Shown here: piece after piece, positions 14,728 to 27,300 of the stretch
How the letters are laid out: every line of letters begins with the position of its first letter
Position numbering within the stretch: the stretch's first letter is position 1
NCBI GenBank assembly: GCA_964016885.1
Contig: OZ024741.1
Span: 93,682,001-93,746,000, forward strand
From: Eledone cirrhosa
Taxonomy: Eukaryota
DNA length: 64,000 nucleotides
Direction of reading: 5' to 3'
The notes under the pieces: model-generated
Databases searched by the model: none
What the model was told of the DNA's origin: nothing
The model's input: only the letters and a program-made list of their open reading frames with translations
Made by a program: the position numbers and the translations under genes

Positions 14728-15540
14728 CTAGCTGAGGTACCCAGTAATACCCGGGAGCGGGGGTATTCCCAGTTCCCATTAAAATGCCCAATGCCTCTCA
14801 GACCAAAAATAAATGTTACAGCAAGCAGAGAATATTAAGTTGATTTATGGAGAACATTTTAAGCCCACAACAGCTGAAGCCAAATTTCGCTCATCAGTTA
14901 ATCAATAATCTTTAGCAAAAAGCCATCCTTAGCACATAATCTATCTTTGTTTCAAGTTTGAAGGAAATTGGTTGAGAGCTTTAAATGTTATGGCAGAAAA
15001 TAACATTCATATGAGTATTTGCATACAAATTTCCTATTCATTTAAAAAAAAAATCGATGCAGACTGGAAATTATCTATTTTTTTTTAACTTCAAAGTACG
15101 TAAGAAATCAAATGGGCACGAGCCCCACACACGTGTCAAGTTTCATCAAGATCGGTTTGGTAGTTTTTGAGTTTTAGGTTCACAAATAAATCCACAAACA
15201 AACACACACACAAACAGACAGAAATTGCCATTTAGGTATATAGATAGGGGGTTTAACCCCCATTAGGGTGTCTTAATATTATTGAAATTTGCTGAAATTT
15301 TGTGAATAGGCATTCTATCTTGTCATTTACCTATGGTTTAAATTTCATATAAATCAAAGGGAAAACATTTCAGCGGGGGTTTGAGCCCCCTTTGATTAAA
15401 ATGTACATAAGAAATCAAATGGGCCTGAGCCCCACACACGTGTCAAGTTTCCTCAAGATCGGTTTGGTTGTTTTTGAGTTTTAGGTTTACAAACAAACAC
15501 ATAAACAGACAGAAATTGCCATTTATGTATATAGATAGAT
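14728..15540 (-). mobile_element. Non-autonomous Helitron-like element with duplicated 5' module
   Basis: CTAG end at 14728-14731 with an adjacent imperfect hairpin; ACAGACAGAAATTGCCATTTA..TATAGAT end present twice (about 15100-15245 and 15405-15540). Confidence 0.6.
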
Positions 15541-15618
15541 ATATATATATGAAATAAAAAAAAAAAAATATATATATATATATACACACACATACATATC
15601 AATATATATATATATATA

Positions 15619-18600
15619 TTGATGTATGCTGTGTGAAAGAGACTAGATGGAGAGGAGAGTCTGCTAGAGTCCTTGTAGGCAAAAATCAGTACTACAAATT
15701 TTTCTGGGTGGGAAATGACAACGAGATGGATGGTGTAGGTATCCTATTAGCTGACAAATGGGTAGATAAGGTAATCTCAGTGAACAGGGTTTACACAAGA
15801 ATCATTAAACTCAGACTCGTCCTGAATAAAACAATTGCTACAATCATATCAGCTTACGCACCCCAATCTGGGCTGCCAGAAAAACTTAAGGATAGGTTTT
15901 ATGAGTCCTTCATGCACACCACTGCCCTAACAAACGAAAATGACTTCCTAATCATTGCAGGAGACTTTAACGGACACTTTGGGAAACACTGTGACGGATT
16001 CTATAGAGTCCGTGGAGGCTACGGGTTTGGCACAATGAAGAAAGCTTCAGGCTTCTAGAATTCTGTGACACCAATGACATGTCGATATGTAACACAAACT
16101 TCAAAAAACCCGACAACCATCTGATCACCTATAGATCAGGGGAGCATTCTACAGATAGATTTTATCCTCATCAGAGGGCAAGATAGATGGATGGTTGTAA
16201 ACACAAAAGCCTTCCCTGGTGAGGAATGTACCTCTCAACATAACTTAGTTGTCAGCGACCTCATTGTCAGAAATAGACGAACTTGGAAACAGGGCGACCT
16301 GAAGAAGAAAGATCTGGAAACTGAAAGACCCCTAAGCCAGTAACAGATTTAAAGGAATCTTACTCGACGCCTATTACAGTAAAGAACAGATCTAGACATT
16401 AAATGTAGAAGAGCACTGGGAGTTCCTAAAAAATAACTTACTAAAGGCAACGGACGAGATCTGTGGTTGGAGCAAGACCACAGGAAGGAGGAGAGTGACT
16501 TGGTGGTGGAACAATAAGGTAGGTGAGGCAATTAAGGCTAAGAGACAGGCATGGAAAGAATGGAAGAAGGGGGGAAGCAGGGTACATTACATAGAGACAA
16601 GGAGGGAAGCTAGGCGACAAGTATACTTAGCTAGGAGGGAAGCGGAGGATATAAAATTCAAGCATGTTTTGCAGCGTCAGGACCAGAAACAGGAGGTGTT
16701 CAGGATTGCAAGGCAGTGTGTTAGAGAGAATTGTGATGTCATTGGAGAGAAGTGTGTCCGGAATGATAAAGGTGAACTTGCCCTCACAAATGCTGAGAAG
16801 AAAGATGCGTGGAAGAGCCATTATGAAAGATTACTAAATGAGGAGAATGCATGGGAGAAAGAGACTCTACCCCAAGTGGACCCTACAGAGGGGCCAGAAG
16901 TACAAGTCAGCAGCAGCATAGTAAGTAAGGCAATTAAAGATGTGAAGACTGGGAAGGCAACCGGTCCATCGGGTATAGCTGCTGAAATACTGAAAGCATC
17001 TGGGTCAGTAGGTCACACCATAACCACCTGTATCGTTAACCAGGTAATACTAGAGGATGTTATACCAAAGGATTGGCGCAGCAGCATCATTGTCAACTGT
17101 TACAAGGGTAAAGGAGATGCATTAGATAAAGGAAACTATAGAGGTATCAAGCTGATGAGCCAGGTCATGAAAGTAATGGAAAGAGTTATAGCACAGTTGA
17201 TTAGAAACCGAGTAAAACTAGATGAGATGCAATTTGGGTTTGTGCCAGGAAAAGGCACCACTGATGCCCTCTTCCTTGTGAGGCAGTTACAGGAAAAGTT
17301 CCTAGCTAAAAGTAAGCTGCTCTACCTGGCATTTGTTGATCTGAAAAAAGCCTTCGACAGAGTGCCCCGTGCTATAATCTGGTGGGCTCTTAAAAAATTA
17401 GGAGTAGACGAATGGCTTGTGAAAGCTGTACAAGCCATGTATAGGGGAGCAGTCAGCAAAGTTAGGGTTAGCAATGGCTATAGCGAGGAATTTCGCATAC
17501 AGGGCTCTGTTCTTAGCCCTCTCTTGTTCATTATAGTACTGCAGGCAATAACAGAGTAGTTTATGACTGGATGCCCATGGGAACTCCTATATGCGGATGA
17601 TCTCACACTTATAGCTGAATCTATGGTAGAACTAGAGAAGAAATTCCAAACATGGAAGCAGGGACTAGAAAGAAAGGGTCTCAAAGTCAACCTGACACAG
17701 ACTAAGGTCCTCATAAGTAGACGAGAAAACAGAACCCAGATCCCCTCAGGGAAATGGCCTTGCTCAGTATGTAGGAAAGGTGTAGGTAGGAACTCCATCC
17801 TCTGCCCCAAATGCAAACAATGGATACACAAGAGATGTAGTGGGATCTCAGGAAGCTTAGTTAAGAATGTAGGCTTTATATGTAGCAGCTGCGCCGGGAC
17901 AGCAGGCAACAAATGGCCACAGGAAACAAGCACCACCAAACTCTGGGAGGGCTCTAGAAACAGTAGACAGCTTTTGCTACCTAGGTGACCGAATTAACAG
18001 TGGAGCGGGGTGTTCGGAAAGTACAATAACCAGGGTAAGAATGAGGTGGAAGAAGTTCAGGGAGCTACTGCCACTGCTAGCTGCAAAAGGCTTTCCTCTC
18101 AAAATGAAAGGCAGACTGTATGATGCTTCATTACAAACAACAATGCTACATGGTAGTTGTGTGTAGAAGACTTGCGCAGATTAGAAAGAAACGAAGCTCG
18201 CATGCTCCGATGGATGTGTAATAGTAATATACGCGAACAGCAAAGCATAAAAGAATTGAGAGAGAGACTGAGCATAAGAGGAATCAAATGCTGAGTGCAG
18301 GAGAAGAGGTTGCGTTGGTATGGACATGTGATGCATATGAAGGATGACAGCTGCATAAAAAAGGTGCAGAGCACTAGAAGTTGATGGAAGCCGTATAGTG
18401 GGGTGACCCAGTAAGACCTGGGATGAGGTGATAAAAGCCAACCATACCCAATTGCATCTCTCAAAGGCGATGACACATGACTGTGACCTTTGGCGTCACG
18501 CAGTAATACAGAAGACCCGACTTCCCACGGGTACAAGCTGAAGCATATAGACAATATAAAGTGGTCGTGGAGGTGCCATGGCAAAAAAGTACGCAGCCCA

Positions 18601-18822
18601 CACTGTAAAGTGGATGTGCAGAAAAGAGGCGCCTAGCACTCACTGTAAATGAGGTTGGTGTTAGGAAGAGCACCCAGCTGTAGAAATCAAGCCAGAATCA
18701 GTTCCAGTATGAGCAAGACAAGGTCAGCCGACCGGACACTGCCCACAACAGGTCAACCCTTCTAACTCATGCTAGCGTGGAAGAACGCACGTAAAACAGT
18801 GATGATGATGATGATGATGATG
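15619..18822 (+). mobile_element. Degenerate RTE-clade LINE (family C): APE endonuclease, RT and 3' UTR
   Basis: ETRW, SAYAPQ, AGDFNGH, YRGIKL, FVDLKKAFD, YADD; many frameshifts; (ATG)n tail. Confidence 0.93.
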
Positions 18823-18916
18823 ATATATGCATATATCAACATATATGTGTTGATGTATGTATATATCATCATCATTGTTTTATGTCCGTTCTTCCACGCT
18901 ATATCAACATACATAT

Positions 18917-18956
<40 letters not shown>

Positions 18957-18957
18957 A

Positions 18958-19897
18958 CATCATCATCATCATAATTTTACGTCCACTTTTCCCTGCTTGC
19001 AAGGGTGGGACGGGTCTTATTTAGCACAGCATCTCTCCACTTGTCACAGTCCTTCGTCATCTCCACCGTGAGCTTCAGTGATCTGAGGTCTGTTCTCACC
19101 ACCCCCGCCCATGTTTTTCATGGTCTACCTCTACCACGTATTCCTTCAACTGGTATTTCCTGGCACTTCTTCACCCATCGGTCATCCTCCATGCGCATCA
19201 CATGTCCATACCACCGCAGTCTCCTCTTTCGCACACTACATTCTATCCCTCTCAGACACAGTTTCTCTCTCAACACATTTATGCTGGGTCGTTCACAGAC
19301 ATTGACATTGCACATCCAACGGAGTATGCTTGCCTCATTTCTCTCCAGCCTCTGCATATCGAACATGGCCATTTCCCTGACGGAATCAGGGTTTTGTCCT
19401 CTTTTCTAATCATCAACACTTTTGTCTTAGCTAGGTTCACTCTCAGTCCTCTTGCTTCCAACTGCTGTTTCCATAGCCAGAATTTATTCTCTAGCTCCTC
19501 TACTGATTCTGCTATAAGAACCAGATCGTCAGCATAGAGAAGTTCCCATGGACAGCCAGTCTTAAACTCCTCTGTTATGGTTTGGAGGACTATAATGAAC
19601 AAGAGTGGGCTGAGGACTGAATCTTGATGTACTCCTACTTGTATCTGGAATTCCTCACTAAATTCCATTCCTACCCTGACTTTACTGACAGTACCTCTGT
19701 ACAAAGTTTGAGCTGTCCTCACAAGCCATTCCTCAACACGTAGTTTCCTTAGGGACCACCAGATGACAGATTGGGGTACCCTATCAAAGGCCTTCTCTAG
19801 GTCAACAAAGGCTAAGTATAGTGGCTTATTTTTCTCTAAGAACCTCTCTCACCAAGAAGACGGCATCTGTTGTACTCTTCCCAGACACAAAACCAAC
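18958..19897 (-). mobile_element. Internally deleted RTE family A fragment
   Basis: Reverse complement of about 7312-8660 with deletions; YADD ORF at 19279-19722. Confidence 0.92.
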
Positions 19898-20092
19898 ATA
19901 TATATCAATATATATATATATATATCAACACACACATATATATATATATATCAACATATATATCAATATATTTATATATATCAACACATATATATCAATA
20001 TATATATATATCAACATATATATATCAATATATATATATATCAACATATATATCAATATATATATATATCAACATATATATCATATATATAT

Positions 20093-20424
20093 GGAGGCAC
20101 ATGGCTTAGTGGTTAGAGCATTGGCCTTGCAATCGAAATATTGTGAGTTCAATTCTCAGACCGGGTGATGTGTTGTTTCCTTGAGCAAAGCACTTTATTT
20201 CACATTGCTCCAGTTTACTCAGCTGTAGAAATGAGATGATAGGGGTCCCTATCATTCCACTACAAAGTGGTCGTGGAGGTGCCACGGGAAAAAGGCACCC
20301 AGCACTCACTGTAAATGAGGTTGGTGTTAGGAAGGGCATCCAGCTGTAGAAATCAAGCCAGCATCAGTTCCCGTCCCACCCTTGCAAACAGGGAAAAAGC
20401 AGACGTAAAATGAAATGATGATGA
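20093..20424 (+). mobile_element. tRNA-derived SINE
   Basis: GGAGGCACATGGCTTAGTGG head; RTE-A tail. Confidence 0.9.
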
Positions 20425-20637
20425 TCAACATATATATCAATATATATATATATATATATATATATCAATATATATATATATATCAACATATATATCAATA
20501 TATATATATATATATATAAACATATATATCAATATATATATATCAACATATATATATATATATATCAACATATATATCAATATATATATACATATATCAA
20601 CATATATATATATATCAACATATATATCAATATAATT

Positions 20638-20904
20638 ATCATCATCATTTCATTTTACGTCTGCTTTTTTCCCCTGCTTGGGATGGGAACTGATTCTGGC
20701 TTGATTTCTACAGCTGGATGCCCTTCCTAACACCAACCTCATTTACAGTGAGTGCTGGGTGCTTTTTTGCCGTGGCACCTCCACGACCACTTTGCAGTGG
20801 AATGATAGGGACCCCAGGAAACAACACATCACCCGGTCTGAGAATTGAACTCACAATCTTTCGATTGCAAGGCCAATGCTCTAACCACTAAGCCATGTGC
20901 CTCC
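20638..20904 (-). mobile_element. tRNA-derived SINE, internally deleted
   Basis: Same family; lacks the central block. Confidence 0.88.
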
Positions 20905-21102
20905 ATATATATCAACATATATATATATATCAACATATATATCAATATATACATATATCAATATATATATATATATCAACATATATATATATATCAACAT
21001 ATATATATATATCAACATATATATCAATATATATATATATCAACATATATATCAATATATATATATATATCAACATATATATCAATATATATATATATAT
21101 AT

Positions 21103-24100
21103 CAACCATGAACGTAGGCACCTTAAAAGGCCGCTCTAATGAGGTTGTAGAATTGCTTGAACGTAAGGAGGTTGATGTTTGCTGTATCCAAGAGACCAGG
21201 TGGAGGGACGGGTCTGCTAGATTCATTGTGGGTAAAAAACGTTGCTATAAGCTTTTCTGGGTGGGGAATGACAATGGGATAGGTGGGGTAGGAATCATGT
21301 TAGCAGAAAAATGGGTGAATAAGATAATAGATGTAAATAGAGTGAATGACAGAATAATTAAAATAAGACTTGTTCTAAACAGAACTACTGTGACAGTAAT
21401 ATCTGCATACGCGCCCCAATCCGGACTGCCTAGCGCTATAAAAGACAGATTCTATGAGACACTGATCCTCACTACCTCCCAAATAACCGACAGTAACTAT
21501 ATAATTATTGCTGGCGACCTAAATGGTCACATTGGACAACATTGTGATGGCTATGACGGAATCCACGGAGGCTATGGGTTTGGTACTAGAAACGAGGAAG
21601 GCTCCAGAATCCTTGAATTCTGTGATGCAAACAACCTAACTATGTGTAACACTAACTTCAAAAAACGAGACAATCACTTGATCACCTACAGATCAGGAGA
21701 ATATACCAGCCAGGTAGATTATATCCTTACCAGAAGACGTGACAGAGTGTCTGTTGTAAACACTAAATCCCTCCCCCATGAAGAATGCACCTCCCAACAT
21801 AGACTGATAATTAGCGACCTCATAGTCAGGACGAGATGTACTAGACAGCAGAAGAGGACTATCCTCAGGAGAAAAATATGGAAGCTAAAGGATCCCACAG
21901 CCAGAAATAAATTTCAAAGCATATTACTTGATGCTTTCGACAGTAAGGAAGAGCAATTAGAGTCGTACAAGGTAGAGGAACAGTGGGAATTCCTGAAAGC
22001 AAACCTGTTGATGGCGGCAGACGAAGTCTGTGGCTGGAGCAGGCCTGTAGGCAGGAGGAGAGTAACATGGTGGTGGAACAGTAAGGTGGAGGGGTCAATC
22101 AAGGCCAAAAAGCAGACTTGGAAAGCATGGCGGGATGGGGGAAGTAGAGAAGACTATCAAGTGGCCAGGAGAGAAGCTAGGAGACAAGTGTACTTCGCAA
22201 GAAGGGAAGCAGAGGAAAGAAAGTTCAAGCATGTTCTACAACGCGAGGACCAAAAACGTGAGGTGTTCAGGATTGCTAGGCAATGTGTCAAGGAAAACCG
22301 TGATATTGTCGGGGAGAAGTGTGTACTTAACGATGATGGCGTGCTTGCCATCACTGATGCTGATAAGAAGGTAGCTTGGAAGTGTCACTACAAAAGACTA
22401 CTAAATGAGGAGAATAAATGGGAGAAAGACAGTCTCCCCCACATCGACCCAATAGAGGGACCAGCAGTGTTAGTCGAAGGTAGTATAATAAGTAAGGCAA
22501 TCAAAGATATGAAGACGGGTAAGGCGGCTGGGCCTTCGGAAATAGTTGCTGAGATGTTGAAAGCCTCCGGTATGGTGGGACACACCATGGTCACCCGGAT
22601 AGTAAACCAAGTCATACAGAATGGGGTTGTTCCGAAGGACTGGCGTAGCAGCATCATCGTTAACTGTTACAAGGGTAAAGGAGACGCCCTAGATAGGAGT
22701 AACTATAGAGGCATTAAATTAATCGACCAGGTCATGAAGGTCACGGAAAAAGTAATAGCGCAACTAATCAGAGAGAGAATTGATCTAGATGAAATGCAGT
22801 TCGGGTTTGTGTCAGGCAAAAGTACCACAGACGCTCTTTTCATTGTACGACAACTACAGGAGAAGTACCTAGCTAAAAGTAAACCCCTATACTTAGCTTT
22901 TGTCGACTTGGAGAAAGCCTTCGACAGAGTCCCCCGTTCCATTATCTGGTGGGCTCTTAGAAAACTAGGTGTTGACGAATGGCTTGTGAGAGCCATACAA
23001 GCCATGCATAAAGAAACAGTCAGCAAGGTTAGAATTAACAACGAATATAGTGAAGAGTTTAGCGTAAAAGTTGGTGTCCATCAGGGCTCTGTTCTTAGCC
23101 CCCTACTATTTATTATTGCCCTTCAGGCTATAACAGAGGAGTTCAAGACCGGTTGCCCATGGGAACTCCTATACGCAGATGATCTAACGCTCATAGCTGA
23201 ATCAATGGCCGAGCTAGAGAAGAAATTCCAAACATGGAAGCACGGCCTAGAATCAAAAGGCCTTAAAATTAACCTGGCTAAGACTAAAGTTCTAGTTTGT
23301 AGGAAAGAAAATAAGGCGTCGGTCCCCTCCGGGAAATGGCTATGCTCAGTGTGTAGGAAAGGCGTAGGTAGAAACTCCATTTTATGTCCCAAATGCAAAG
23401 TATGGGTGCATAAAAGATGTAGTGGGATCACAGGTAAGCTAACTAAGAACACAGATTTTATATGTGGCCGGTGCTCTGGTGCAATAAGTAGCAGCAAGTG
23501 CCCACAAAATACTAGCTCTTTCAATTGTGTAGAGGGTTCTATAGAAATAGTGGACAGCTTCCGTTACCTGGGTGACAAAATCAGCAGTGGGGGAGGGTGC
23601 TCTGAAAGTACAGTAGCTAGAGTCAGAACTGGATGGAAAAAGTTCAGAGAGCTTATACCACTATTAGCCGCTAAAGGGTTCTCCCTAAAAATGAAGTGGC
23701 AGGTTGTATGATGCCTGCATACGAACAGCAATGTTGCATGGCAGTGAGACCTGGGCATTGTGTGCAGAGGATATACGCAGACTAGAGAGGAACGAAGCTT
23801 GCATGTTCCGCTGGATGTGTAATAGTAATATACGTGAACGGCAAAGCATAAACGAACTAAGGAAAAAATTAGAAATAAGAGGGATCAGATTTTGTTTACT
23901 CGAGAGAAGGCTACGTTGGTATGGTCACGTGATGCGCATGAAAGACGACAGCTGTATAACAAAGTGCAGGGCAATAAAGATAGATGGTAGCCACGGAGTA
24001 GGCAGACCCAGGAAAACCTGGGACGAGCTGATAAATTCCGACCTCACACACTTACACCTCTCCAAGACAATGTCACTGGACCGAGACCTTTGGCGGTACT

Positions 24101-24513
24101 CAGTAACAGAGAAGACCTGCCTTACCTAAATACAAAGTAAAACCTACTACAGTCAGTAGGCATCTCTAACAAAATACACCCCCGTCCCACCACCCCCACC
24201 CCATCCACACCGCCCCCTTCAATGCAAAGTTATGTTGGTGCCACAACATCCAGGCCGAAACAAATGAGATCGTGTAGGTGTCACGACAAAAAACACACAG
24301 TCCACGCTGTAATGTGGCCGTGTAGGCAACACGGTAAAAACCTCCCAGTCCCACACTGTAAATGTGGTTGGTGTTAGGAAGGGCATCCAGCTGTAGAAAA
24401 CACGCCAGACAGTCCTATGCGAGCAAGACAACCACTCTTGCCTCAAGTGGGAAAACCCCCGTCCAAACCCATGCAAGCGTGGAACAGGGACGTTAAATGA
24501 TGATGATGATGAT
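21103..24513 (+). mobile_element. Near full-length RTE-clade LINE (family E)
   Basis: APE + RT ORF, about 380-bp 3' UTR, (ATG)n tail. Confidence 0.96.
21108..24129 (+). pseudogene. APE endonuclease / reverse transcriptase polyprotein with one frameshift (about 23697)
   Basis: [37 protein letters not shown]; [30 protein letters not shown]; continues in ORF 23704-24129. Confidence 0.93.
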
Positions 24514-24587
24514 ATATCAATATATATATATGTAAGTATGTATGTATACGTACATACATATATGTATACAGACGTACAGTAGCATGC

Positions 24588-24618
<31 letters not shown>

Positions 24619-25226
24619 TACATACAGGTACACATACATATATGCACGTATCAGTTTAGCGGACGCTTATTATAACGCCGCTTTGTTCGTTTGTAAACAA
24701 ACTGAACAGCCTGAATTTATGCCGTACGGTGTTAAGGCAACCACGTCACCTTTTTGTTCAACACTGACACAGGAACGATGTACTAGTTTCAAGCTTGTTA
24801 GCTATCATAAGCACCGTATACCCTTCTGCCAGATAGTTGAACGTTCGAAAGTATATACTTTCCTTATGAAAATTAACGGCTGAGCAGCCTAATTTGCATA
24901 TCGAGTGAGTTAAGTCGGTCAGGCATACCGAAAACGATAAGTTTAAATAAAATGAAAACGAAATTTCATTTCTCACTCTTTTTTTTTACGTTTCTGCCCT
25001 GCCCGCCTCCTCATTCTTTCTATTTCTTCTTTAATTTTTCCTTCTTTCTTCTGAACAGGACTAGCGTTCGAAACATTAAAACCCTCTTCCTGCTATTTCA
25101 AGTGTTAAACTAATATATTCTTTCCTTGTACTGTTTTGTTATTTTTGTTTACTTTTTACATACATAAATACACACACACATATATATATACGCTAAGGTA
25201 TGTCAATATCTTAACACCAAATATTA

Positions 25227-25286
25227 TATTTTATCTGATGAAAGCACACTAAAATTTTGTGTCCTTGAAATACGTATAATAAAATA
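25227..25286 (+). ncRNA. Minimal type I hammerhead ribozyme
   Basis: TATTTTAT-CTGATGA-AAGCACAC..GTGTCCTT-GAAA-TACGTA-TA-ATAAAATA. Confidence 0.85.
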
Positions 25287-25351
25287 AATATGGTATTATA
25301 AAGATTTTTTCCATTTATTGATATTGTCAAAATTAATATATATATATATAT

Positions 25352-25522
25352 ATTATTCAGAATATTAATAAATGAAGACATTCACATAATCAAAATATAT
25401 GTTTTATTATATATATTTCGAAGGTACTGTGCTGTAAAAAACAGCACAGTACCTTTGAAATATATATAATAAAACATATTTTGATTATGTGAATGTCTTC
25501 ATTTATTAATATTCTGAATAAT
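25352..25522. repeat. About 170-bp near-perfect palindrome containing the 3' half of a hammerhead
   Basis: Arms 25352-25435 / 25441-25522; ...ACCTTT-GAAA-TATATA-TA-ATAAAA. Confidence 0.85.
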
Positions 25523-25614
25523 TTAATAACTCCAGAAAACTTCTTTGTAGAGTGCTTTTAATCTATTGTAAAACTATATTCATTGAGTAATCAATGAACC
25601 ATATTAATCTTTGG

Positions 25615-25656
<42 letters not shown>

Positions 25657-26133
25657 TTTGACTGAGATCGAAACCCAGAGCAGGTTCTCCACCGTCTCTA
25701 ATACCTACCATTTGGCCACGGAGACAGATATTTGAGTTCTTAAACACGTTGGATTGATAATGTTTTCAAAAAAATTAATTAACCCGCGTGTATATTATTT
25801 TTTTTTCCTCATTTCGTGGGTTGTCTCCCCTTCCCGCTTCGTGTCGCTATGATACTTCCTCAGTCAAAAACTGCTGGAATTTCAAATTTGGCGGTCATTC
25901 GAGGTGAGAGAGACCAACTTTACGGACATGATTTTTGACAGCGGTAAGAAATTGTTTTCTTATATCAATGTTTAATGGGCTTCCACTGATGATTTATAAG
26001 TGCCCACCTAAATATATTCTTACATGAATATATATTAGGCTTCTACATAAACTGGAAACATTCTCCCAAACTTGTAGAAAACTTATAATGAAACAATTGT
26101 TTGGAAAGAGAGATATACTTTAACTTTAATTAT

Positions 26134-26291
26134 ATCTCATAAAATAATACAACTGGTTTTTCCACATTATACATATTGTTAGCACCCCAAACACTTAAAT
26201 TGGGTTTATATTTTAATATAACCTAATGTTTGTTGAGTGAGATGGTTACCAGTCAGAGTTTAGCTTTAAACTATCTCTGTTATTGTATTAA

Positions 26292-26294
<3 letters not shown>
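26134..26294 (+). repeat. About 160-bp dispersed structured repeat; second copy at 41506-41664
   Basis: Colinear similarity; both copies end at (TA)n. Confidence 0.85.
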
Positions 26295-26322
<28 letters not shown>

Positions 26323-26331
26323 TACATACAT

Positions 26332-26631
26332 ATATGTATACAGACGTACAGTAGTATGTATATATATACATACATGCACATATATATATATGTACGTGTG
26401 GGTTTACCGAGCATTTATTATAATGTTCGGTTTGTTTGTAAACAAACAGCCCGAATTAAGCCGTACAGTGTTCGGCAACCATCGCCACCACTGTACGGCT
26501 TAATTTGGGCTGTTTGTTTACAAACAAACCGAACATTATAATAAATGTTCGGTAAACCCATACGTACATATATATATATGTGTGTGCATGTATGTATATA
26601 TATACATACCACTGTACGTCTGTATACATAT
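26332..26631. repeat. About 300-bp palindrome (MITE/fold-back-like); a related single arm at about 24540-24750
   Basis: GGTTTACCGAGCATTTATTATAATGTTCGGTTTGTTTGTAAACAAACAGCCC and its reverse complement, about 18-nt spacer. Confidence 0.85.
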
Positions 26632-26684
26632 ACATACTACTGTATGTACGTATACATACATTTCATTCTCTTATATATATATAT

Positions 26685-27131
26685 AGGCACATGGCTTAGT
26701 GGTTAGAGCATTGGCCTTGCAATCGAAAGGTTGTGAGTTCAATTCTCAGACCGGGTGATGTGTTGTTTCCTTGAGCAAGGCACTTTATTTCACATTGCTC
26801 CAGTTTACTCACCTGTAGAAATGAGATGAAAGGGACTGGGGTCCCTATCATTCCACTGCAAAGTGGTCGTGGAGGTGCCATGGCAAAAAAACACCCACCA
26901 CTAAGTATCCATTTATAGTGATAAGCAGGGTATTGTCTTGTAGTGTGGTGGATATAGTAAAGGAGTTGTTATTGAGAGAAAGTAGTTAGCTAGAAAGCAA
27001 TGTTATAGTTATGGGTTCGAATGGTAAATGAGGTTGGTGTTAGGAAGGGCATCCAGCTGTAGAAATCAAGCCAGAATCAGTTCCCGTCCCACCCTTGCAA
27101 GTAGGGAAAAGTGGACGTAAAATGAAATGAT
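26685..27131 (+). mobile_element. tRNA-derived SINE interrupted by an about 125-bp local duplication
   Basis: SINE 26685-26902 and 27024-27131; the insert matches 27686-27810. Confidence 0.88.
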
Positions 27132-27188
27132 ATATATAAAGAATGAATAATAACAGGTAGACATCATAAAAAGGTAATTTATTCTGTG

Positions 27189-27300
27189 TGCTGACAAATG
27201 TTTCCACGGTGGTTATACAGCCTAGTTATGCTATGTGCAAATTTATAACTATTTGAAAAACTCGATTATCAAATGCTGTGACCACTGTATCATCAGAGCA
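27189..27300 (-). ncRNA. Type I hammerhead ribozyme in a probable PLE 3' remnant
   Basis: Minus strand TGCT-CTGATGA-TACAGTGGT..ACCACCGTG-GAAA-CATTTG-TC-AGCA; upstream (about 27810-27860, minus) encodes HNHKLKAKFSHYKIT*, similar to the end of the 1384-1914 ORF. Confidence 0.75.

Larger units (their letters stand above)
19893..21105. repeat. (TA)n microsatellite with recurring TCAAC/TCAA units
   Basis: Direct inspection; interrupted by two SINEs. Confidence 0.9.

Noticed and set aside
20093-20165. tRNA gene
   Set aside because: A/B boxes present but no acceptor stem, and it is fused to the SINE body in every copy
20895-21107. N-terminal extension of the 938-aa ORF
   Set aside because: In-frame microsatellite; the LINE protein begins near MNVGTL
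25045-25082. Hammerhead-like CTGAACA-GGAC..GTTC-GAAA
   Set aside because: Core mismatch and negligible stem I; not counted as a ribozyme
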